Assembly: GCA_902587435.1 (NCBI GenBank)
Contig: CACILF010000003.1
Span: 7,801 to 71,800, forward strand
Source of the DNA: an uncultured Pelagibacteraceae bacterium
GTDB taxonomy: Bacteria; Pseudomonadota; Alphaproteobacteria; Pelagibacterales; Pelagibacteraceae
Length of the DNA stretch: 64,000 nucleotides
Direction of reading: 5' to 3'
Part shown: piece by piece, positions 57,681 to 64,000 of the stretch
Numbering within the stretch: the stretch's first letter is position 1
Layout: each line of letters starts with the position of its first letter
Notes under the pieces: generated by a model
Databases searched by the model: none
What the model was told of the DNA's origin: nothing
What the model saw: the letters and a program-made list of their open reading frames with translations, nothing else
Program-made: the position numbers and the translations under genes

Positions 57681-57859
57681 ATTTAAGTACAATAGTAATA
57701 ATAATTTATGCGATTGGCATTGTTATAGGTGCTTTGTTTCTTGATTTATGGGGTGCCGAAACATCTTTATCCAAGGCCATGGCAGGAGTTGTGTGGACTG
57801 TATTATTTTTGATTTGTCTATTTTATTTTGAAAAAAAAGATGAACAAAACAGAGAGTAG
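57677..57859 (+). CDS. Small two-TM hypothetical protein
   Basis: 60 aa, two hydrophobic helices, coupled to both neighbours. Confidence 0.7.
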   Translation: MNLSTIVIIIYAIGIVIGALFLDLWGAETSLSKAMAGVVWTVLFLICLFYFEKKDEQNRE

Positions 57860-58431
57860 TGAAAAAAATATTATTAAAAATTAATTTTATAGTTTGCCTA
57901 ATTTTTCTTTTCTCGTACTCTACAACGATGGCAAATGAAGAAGCAAGTTATAATGTAGTACAAAAAAACGATATTTATGAAATTCGTTATTATTCAGATC
58001 GATTAATAGTTCAAGTACCAAACAAGGGAGATAATAATAGTTTTCGAAAACTTTTTAAATATATTTCTGGAGAAAATAAAAACTCTGAAAAAATAGCAAT
58101 GACAGTTCCTGTTACTCAAACAAAAAAAGATGATCAAATGTTTATGCAGTTCTACTTACCTTCGAAATTTAATAGAGAAACTACCCCTATACCAAACAAT
58201 CCTGATCTTGAAATTACAACAATTCCAGAAGGATATTTTGCAGTAATAAAATTTTCAGGAAGATCTTCAGATAAAAATTTTGACAAACATAATAAAATTC
58301 TTAAACAAAAACTTATAGAAGATAATATTTCAATAAAAGGATTTGCAATAAGGGCAACTTATAATAGCCCCTTTACACTCCCACCTCTTAGAAGAAATGA
58401 ATCAATGTTTAGTATTGATTGGAAAAAATAA
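57859..58431 (+). CDS. SOUL heme-binding family protein
   Basis: YEIR.Y, FR.LF.YI.G.N, KIAMT.PV, YNSP.T.P..RRNE. Confidence 0.9.
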   Translation: MKKILLKINFIVCLIFLFSYSTTMANEEASYNVVQKNDIYEIRYYSDRLIVQVPNKGDNNSFRKLFKYISGENKNSEKIAMTVPVTQTKKDDQMFMQFYLPSKFNRETTPIPNNPDLEITTIPEGYFAVIKFSGRSSDKNFDKHNKILKQKLIEDNISIKGFAIRATYNSPFTLPPLRRNESMFSIDWKK

Positions 58432-58434
58432 AAT

Positions 58435-58908
58435 TTAATTTAAGTTTTTTAACTCTTCAAAAACTTCTTTGGCATGGTCTTTAACCCTAACATTATTCCA
58501 AATTTTGTGAATTTTTCCCTGAGAATTAATCAAAAATGTAGTCCTTACTATTCCCATAAATTCTTTACCTAAAAAAGATTTTTTTCCCCAAACACCATAT
58601 TTTTTTATTACTTCTTTTTTTTCATCAGACAATAAATCAAATTTTAATTTATATTTTTTTTTAAATTTTAAATGACTTTCGATACTATCTTTTGAAATAC
58701 CAAGAACGATACTTTTATTCTTATTAATTAAACTATTTAATTTACTAAAATCTTTAGACTCTATTGTGCACCCAGGAGTGTCATCTTTTGGATAAAAGTA
58801 TAAAATTATATTCTTCTTTTTAACTTTATTTAATTCAAAAATATTTCCATCTGTACTAGCAAGTTTAAAATTAGGCGCTTTATTGTTATTTTTTAATCTC
58901 ATATTCAC
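58435..58908 (-). CDS. bcp: BCP/PrxQ peroxiredoxin
   Basis: YFYPKDDTPGCT, RTTFLI. Confidence 0.93.
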   Translation of the reverse strand: MNMRLKNNNKAPNFKLASTDGNIFELNKVKKKNIILYFYPKDDTPGCTIESKDFSKLNSLINKNKSIVLGISKDSIESHLKFKKKYKLKFDLLSDEKKEVIKKYGVWGKKSFLGKEFMGIVRTTFLINSQGKIHKIWNNVRVKDHAKEVFEELKNLN

Positions 58909-58983
58909 AAATTAAATATCTGAAAATTACGTTGTGTCAATGAGGCTCATTGTAATCTATTTTAGTATTTATACTATAATTTT

Positions 58984-59439
58984 ATGAGAAGAAACTTTTT
59001 AAAATTATTCAGCGCATCAGTAATTTCACTAATATTATTTCCATATAAATATTTATACTCAGCTACAAAAAAAATAATAAATCAAAATCTAACAGAACAA
59101 CAAAAACATATACTTTTTAATGAAGGAACTGAACGTCCGTTTACTAGTTCTTTGCTTTACGAAAAGAGAGATGGCTTTTATCACTGTGCCAATTGTGATG
59201 CCAAATTGTTTAGCTCTAATACAAAATATGATAGTGGAACTGGTTGGCCCTCTTTTACAGAGGCTCTTCCAGGGGCTTTTAATACTAAAACTGATTACTC
59301 ATTTGGAATGAAAAGAGTCGAATATCATTGTGCAAAATGTGGAGCACATCACGGACATGTTTTTGATGATGGCCCTGGTGAAAATGGTATGAGATTTTGT
59401 AATAATGGCCTTTGTTTAATTTTTAAACCAACAAACTAG
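58984..59439 (+). CDS. msrB: Methionine-R-sulfoxide reductase with Tat signal
   Basis: MRRNFLK, GTERPF, SGTGWPSF, two CxxC, GHVF.DGP, RFC.N. Confidence 0.93.
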   Translation: MRRNFLKLFSASVISLILFPYKYLYSATKKIINQNLTEQQKHILFNEGTERPFTSSLLYEKRDGFYHCANCDAKLFSSNTKYDSGTGWPSFTEALPGAFNTKTDYSFGMKRVEYHCAKCGAHHGHVFDDGPGENGMRFCNNGLCLIFKPTN

Positions 59440-59440
59440 T

Positions 59441-59938
59441 ATGAAAAAATTAATTTTAATATTTTTTTTAATTCCAAACATTTTATTTGCATCATCAATG
59501 AAGATGATAGGAGAGAAAGGTAAATTATCAGAAATAAGCAGAACAATTGAAATAAAAATGTATGATAATTATTTTGAACCAAATGTATTAAATATAAAAA
59601 AAGGTGAAACAATTAAATTTATTGTTAAAAACTACGGTGAACTAGTTCATGAATTTAATATTGCTACTAAAGAAATGCATATTAAGCATCAGCCAGAAAT
59701 GATGAAGATGGTAGAACACGAAATATTATTAGCAGACAGAATTGATAAAGAAAAAATGAAAGAAATGGCAAAAAAAGATCATTCAATGGCTCATTCTCAT
59801 TCCAATAGTGTTTTATTGGAACCTAATGAAATTGGTGAAATAATTTGGAAATTTAGTACTACAGCAAATCTTGAAGCGGCATGCAATGTGCCAGGGCATT
59901 ATGAGATAGGTATGGTTGCTAATATAAAAATAAACTAA
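59441..59938 (+). CDS. Periplasmic cupredoxin, CopI-like, His/Met-rich
   Basis: HEF...C.VPGH...GM ligands, HQPEMMKM and HSMAHSH tracts. Confidence 0.85.
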   Translation: MKKLILIFFLIPNILFASSMKMIGEKGKLSEISRTIEIKMYDNYFEPNVLNIKKGETIKFIVKNYGELVHEFNIATKEMHIKHQPEMMKMVEHEILLADRIDKEKMKEMAKKDHSMAHSHSNSVLLEPNEIGEIIWKFSTTANLEAACNVPGHYEIGMVANIKIN

Positions 59939-60381
59939 TGAGCCAAGAGATACTAAAATTTAATTGGTCATGTAATCACACTTGGAAAAGAAGTGCAAAA
60001 AACACAGCTTGGTGTTTACTTGGATGTGCTATTGGGGATTTTGGCACAATATTATTTTTTCAGTTAACAAAAATTCCATTTCCAGTTTTAAATATTATGA
60101 TTTTAGCAATTATAAATGGTTTAATAACGAGTATTATTTTAGAAACTATAATTTTAATTAAACAAAACATTCCATTTCTAAAATCATTGAAGACCGCAAT
60201 GGGAATGAGCATTATTGCCATGATAAGTATGGAGATAGCAATGAATGCTACAGATTATATTTTAACTGGTGGCGCCATATTAAATTGGTGGATTGTCCCA
60301 ATAATGCTAACAGTTGGTTTTTTAACACCCTGGCCATATAATTATTGGAGATTGAAAAAATACAATCAAACCTGTCATTAA
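59938..60381 (+). CDS. DUF4396 family membrane protein
   Basis: T.WCL.GC.IGD, MS.I.M..ME...N, P.PYN. Confidence 0.8.
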   Translation: MSQEILKFNWSCNHTWKRSAKNTAWCLLGCAIGDFGTILFFQLTKIPFPVLNIMILAIINGLITSIILETIILIKQNIPFLKSLKTAMGMSIIAMISMEIAMNATDYILTGGAILNWWIVPIMLTVGFLTPWPYNYWRLKKYNQTCH

Positions 60382-60933
60382 ATGAAAAAATTTTTAACAA
60401 TTCTATTTATTGGATTGTTAAACTTCACAAACAATGTTTTTGCTGATGATAAAATTTTAACCTCACTCCAAGAAGGTAATAAAATAATTTTTATTAGACA
60501 TGCAATTGCACCTGGAAATGGTGATCCAGAAATTTTTAATATCAAAGACTGTTCTACTCAAAGAAATTTAAGTGAAAACGGGATTAAGCAATCAAAGAAA
60601 ATAGGTCTTTTTTTTAAAAATAATAAAATAAAAATTGATAAAGTGCTGTCAAGTGAGTGGTGCAGATGCAAAGATACAGCAAAATATGCATTTAAAAATT
60701 TTGAAACTTTTGATGCTTTAAATTCATTTTACGATGAGAGGTTTGCTAAAAATGAAACTAAACAAATTAACGATTTAAAAAAATATATTAAAAATTGGAA
60801 TAGCGATAAAAACTTAGTTTTTGTTACTCACTATGTAGTTATTTCATCAATTTTAAATATAGGTACATCTTCTGGAGAAATTATAATTTCAGATAAAAAT
60901 TTTAATATAATTGGAAGTGTTAATACAATGTAG
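60382..60933 (+). CDS. Secreted histidine phosphatase family protein
   Basis: RHA, DC.TQRNL, SS.WCRC..TA, VTH. Confidence 0.88.
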   Translation: MKKFLTILFIGLLNFTNNVFADDKILTSLQEGNKIIFIRHAIAPGNGDPEIFNIKDCSTQRNLSENGIKQSKKIGLFFKNNKIKIDKVLSSEWCRCKDTAKYAFKNFETFDALNSFYDERFAKNETKQINDLKKYIKNWNSDKNLVFVTHYVVISSILNIGTSSGEIIISDKNFNIIGSVNTM

Positions 60934-60943
60934 GGGATTTCTG

Positions 60944-61066
60944 TTATAAATCCATATTTGGCCAATTGTCTCTATCATTGTACTTATCAAGCTCTCTTTT
61001 TGAAAAGGGTCTAAACAACACCCAACCAACAACTATTACTAAAGCTAAAAGTATTAATGTTTCCAT
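60944..61066 (-). CDS. Uncalled 40-aa single-TM protein
   Basis: METLILLALVIVVGWVLFRPFSKRELDKYNDRDNWPNMDL, starts 3 nt after the dhaL stop. Confidence 0.65.
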   Translation of the reverse strand: METLILLALVIVVGWVLFRPFSKRELDKYNDRDNWPNMDL

Positions 61067-61069
61067 GAG

Positions 61070-61657
61070 CTAAAATACTGAGGTTAATCTATTTAAAGCA
61101 AACATTCCAGGGTCGTCTAAATCTTTTGTTTTATCTTCAAACATTCTTGCCCGGCCTATTTTGATTTTTTTTCCTTTAAAATCTTCTAAGGCTTGTTTTG
61201 TTGATGATTTAAATACATCAGAGTAATTTTGGTTATTTTTGAGATTTTTAATTATTAAATCTAAGCTATCCGCAATAGTTTTATCTCCAAGATTAGTTTT
61301 TCCTCTTTCAAGTATAGTTTTTAATGCAGTTTCAAAGATTGAAACAATATCGTCATGATTACACTCATTTTTTCCTTTCAAATTTTTTGAAATATTCATA
61401 AATGAGAAAGCAATTAAAGTACCAAAACTAGATCCAGATTTTCTGACAAAAGCTTGAGAACAAAGTATAAAGTTTGCGCCTATATCATCGCTAAATTTAT
61501 TAATACTATTATTTATCTCTTCTAAACCGTGTAAGATTGTAACGCCTAAATCACCGTCTCCTATTTTCCCATCAGCGGAATTGAAATCATCATAAGAATT
61601 CTTTGCTTCTTCCAACAATTTTTTAAAAATTTTGGTTAAAATTTCTTTGTTAAGCAT
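61070..61657 (-). CDS. dhaL: Dihydroxyacetone kinase nucleotide-binding subunit (DAK2)
   Basis: D..IGDGDLG, GDKT..D, GRA, DPG. Confidence 0.85.
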   Translation of the reverse strand: MLNKEILTKIFKKLLEEAKNSYDDFNSADGKIGDGDLGVTILHGLEEINNSINKFSDDIGANFILCSQAFVRKSGSSFGTLIAFSFMNISKNLKGKNECNHDDIVSIFETALKTILERGKTNLGDKTIADSLDLIIKNLKNNQNYSDVFKSSTKQALEDFKGKKIKIGRARMFEDKTKDLDDPGMFALNRLTSVF

Positions 61658-62657
61658 TTAATTTTCTAAGATCCTCTGCAATATTTCCTGTAATATTAAT
61701 CTTTTTATTAAGATTTTTTTTATATCTTCTTTGTTTGCTTTGACCAGGATACAAGATTTCTTTTACACCTTTTATTTTAGGTAATCTTTTTATTCTTTTA
61801 ATATTTTCTTTTATTCTTTCACTATAATTTCCAACAAAAAGATTCGGCTTCATAGCAAAAAATAAGTGACCAATATTTTGTGGACCTGAAAAATCATCAA
61901 AAGGATCTTTTACTTTTCCTCCATGATTTCCTCCAGTAAAAACACCACTTAATATATCAACCATCCACGCAAGTCCTGAACCTCTAAATCCTGCTATCGG
62001 TAATTGAACACCTGCCAATGCTTTTTTTGCATCTGTTGTTGGTCTACCGAATTTATCTAAAGCAACTCCTTCTGGTATTTTTTTTCCATTTCTTGCAGCA
62101 ACTCTTATTTTACCTCTATTAATTACCGAAACAGACGTATCTAAAATAAAAGGAACTTTAGATGATGTTGGTGTTCCAAAGCATATTGGATTTGTTCCAA
62201 ATAAACTTTTTTTTGCACCATGGGGAGCTATTGCTGGTGGAGCATTTGTAAAACAAAAAATAATTAAATTTTTCTTAACAGCCTGTTCTGCGTAATAACC
62301 TGATAAACCGTAGTGGCCACTATTCTTAATTCCAACCAATCCTATTCCTGTTTTTTTTGCATTTTTAATTGCTTGTTTTATTCCAATATCAGCAGCTACA
62401 AATCCAATGCTATTATTAGCATCTATTCGACTTATTGATTGAGAAATTTTTTTAATTTTAATCTTTGGTTTTGGATTAATGACTTTTTTTTGAATCCTGT
62501 CACAATACATTTTTAATCTCGATAACCCATGAGAATGAGCACCGACTAGTTCAGCATTTATTAATGCTTTTGAACAAATTGTTGCATGGCTTGTATTTAA
62601 ACCATTTTTTTTTAAAATTTTTATTATTATCTGATTTAGTTTTTTTCCATTAACCAT
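61650..62657 (-). CDS. Ldh_2 family dehydrogenase (ComC/AllD/Mdh type 2)
   Basis: SHGL.R, S.HYG, GTNPI, G.GLA..VD.L. Confidence 0.9.
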   Translation of the reverse strand: MVNGKKLNQIIIKILKKNGLNTSHATICSKALINAELVGAHSHGLSRLKMYCDRIQKKVINPKPKIKIKKISQSISRIDANNSIGFVAADIGIKQAIKNAKKTGIGLVGIKNSGHYGLSGYYAEQAVKKNLIIFCFTNAPPAIAPHGAKKSLFGTNPICFGTPTSSKVPFILDTSVSVINRGKIRVAARNGKKIPEGVALDKFGRPTTDAKKALAGVQLPIAGFRGSGLAWMVDILSGVFTGGNHGGKVKDPFDDFSGPQNIGHLFFAMKPNLFVGNYSERIKENIKRIKRLPKIKGVKEILYPGQSKQRRYKKNLNKKINITGNIAEDLRKLNA

Positions 62658-63697
62658 AGCGCATTATGACTTAAAAAATATATCTTACCAGTACTCGGAT
62701 GTATTTGTATATCTCTTATTCTTCCAATTTTATTCTTGAAAACAATATCTTCTTTAACATTTTTTTTGTCAGAAAAATCAAGTTTTCTCAACGACTTATC
62801 TTTCAAGGAAGTGATAAGGGCATAACCATTCCATTCTTTAAATTCTTCACCTTTGTAAATAGTAATTGCGCTTGTTGCAATAGAAGGCACCCAATATTGA
62901 ATTGCTTTTGTAAAACCTGGTTTCCATTTAGGACCAATTTTTGTACCACTATAGTTTGTGCCTCCCCATCCTAATATTTTCCAACCATAATTTTCCCCTT
63001 CTTTAACTTCACCAAACCAATCACCACCTTTAGCACCATGATTACTAATATAAATTTTTCCATCAAAGGGCGACAATGTTAATCCTTGAGGATTTCTTAC
63101 ACCTATTTGATAAATCTCAGGAAGCCATTTTTTTTTATCTTTAAATTTTGGATTATCCTTTGGAACACTTCCATCCAAATGAATTCTAATAATACTTCCA
63201 GGATGTTTTGTTTCATCTTGAGCAATCATACCTTGTCCTCTCTCTCCTAGCGAAGCAAACAAATAATCATCTTTAATAGCGAGTCTAGATCCAAAGTGAT
63301 ATGGAGAGTCGATTGGTGGAGAAGCTTGAAAAATATTTTTAAAATTTATTTTATTTTTATCAAATAATCCTTTAGCTATAGATGTACTTGTTTCCCAATT
63401 TTCTCTTTGTTCGGTATAGGATACCCATACAGAATTATTATGAAATATTATATCTAAGAGCCCACCTTGACCATAATTTAGTACTTTTAAGTCGTGATCT
63501 ATCTCACTAATATTATTGTTAATTATGTTTAATAATTTTATTTTGCCTGATTTTTCGGTAATTAATAATTCAGTATCACTTATGAAAGTGGAGCCCCAAG
63601 GTTCTTCTAATGAAATAATTTTTTTTAGGCCAAATTCTTTAGCTTCAACAATTGAAGTTAGAAAAAAAAATAGAAATATTAACCTTTTCCACGCCAT
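62636..63697 (-). CDS. PQQ-dependent aldose sugar dehydrogenase (YliI-like)
   Basis: PW, GQGGLLD, HFGSR, G.RNPQG, G.NYGW, GRIRD. Confidence 0.9.
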   Translation of the reverse strand: MAWKRLIFLFFFLTSIVEAKEFGLKKIISLEEPWGSTFISDTELLITEKSGKIKLLNIINNNISEIDHDLKVLNYGQGGLLDIIFHNNSVWVSYTEQRENWETSTSIAKGLFDKNKINFKNIFQASPPIDSPYHFGSRLAIKDDYLFASLGERGQGMIAQDETKHPGSIIRIHLDGSVPKDNPKFKDKKKWLPEIYQIGVRNPQGLTLSPFDGKIYISNHGAKGGDWFGEVKEGENYGWKILGWGGTNYSGTKIGPKWKPGFTKAIQYWVPSIATSAITIYKGEEFKEWNGYALITSLKDKSLRKLDFSDKKNVKEDIVFKNKIGRIRDIQIHPSTGKIYFLSHNALWLMEKN

Positions 63698-64000
63698 GGG
63701 ATTGTTTTATCTATTATTTTTCTAATTGTAACGTCGAATAATAGTCCCAGCATTCCCATTACGAATATAGTTATCCAAATAACTTCATATTGCATATATT
63801 TTCTTGCGACATTTTCCACAAACCCAATTCCTGAAGTACCAGCCAAAAATTCAGCAGCAACTAATGTTCCCCAACACATACCAACTGCAACCCTTACACC
63901 TGTTAATATTTCAGGCAATGAATTAGGAAATATAACTTCTCTTAATATTTGCCATCTAGAAGCACCCAATGAATGGGCGGCATGAATTTTTGAAAGTTGA
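63679..64000 (-). CDS. tauC: 3' part of taurine/sulfonate ABC permease (TauC-like), truncated by window edge
   Basis: Frame open to window end: KIHAAHSLGAS..P.SLPEILTG.R...G..W.TLVAAE. Confidence 0.75.
   Translation of the reverse strand, partial: QLSKIHAAHSLGASRWQILREVIFPNSLPEILTGVRVAVGMCWGTLVAAEFLAGTSGIGFVENVARKYMQYEVIWITIFVMGMLGLLFDVTIRKIIDKTIPWRGKG

Noticed and set aside
1452-63725. Short ORF-track entries overlapping real genes (e.g. 1452-1703, 3333-3533, 7939-8232, 19472-19675, 35227-35547, 53633-54073, 54600-55025)
   Set aside because: Antisense or alternate-frame shadows of well-supported genes, with no recognisable motifs or RBS.
1-64000. CRISPR arrays, tRNA/rRNA, integrases, transposases, prophage or defence genes
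   Set aside because: No spaced repeats, RNA-gene signatures or relevant protein motifs seen; nearly all sequence is explained by metabolic genes.

Overview
AT-rich, very tightly packed alphaproteobacterial chromosome segment. Composition, gene density and gene content point to a SAR11/Pelagibacterales genome (inference, not a database match). In order it carries: the end of the suf Fe-S operon; glnA; a molybdoenzyme island (coxG, coxS-coxL(form II)-coxM, split xdhC, mocA, moaABCDE); assorted catabolic enzymes; a Dpp/Opp ABC transporter; a long minus-strand run of small genes; cysK-cysE; an ETHE1-like persulfide dioxygenase divergent from a 1-Cys peroxiredoxin; a sugar ABC transporter with a GH63 hydrolase; cupredoxins; hpsN/pta/dhaK/dhaL/comC-like genes; and the end of a tauC-like permease. 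I saw no rRNA, tRNA, CRISPR or mobile element. Best new observations: (1) an uncalled 39-aa, 11-Cys metallothionein-like ORF (38449-38568, minus) between the persulfide dioxygenase and cysE-cysK; (2) a shared LysR-like operator (TGCATAnnTGAT) about 70 nt upstream of glnA, the sugar-binding protein and the small-gene operon; (3) an SMR pair in which both subunits lack the essential Glu14; (4) a ROK kinase lacking its zinc-finger cysteines; (5) a G/C-rich hairpin with a large loop that may be an sRNA; (6) three further uncalled small membrane proteins.
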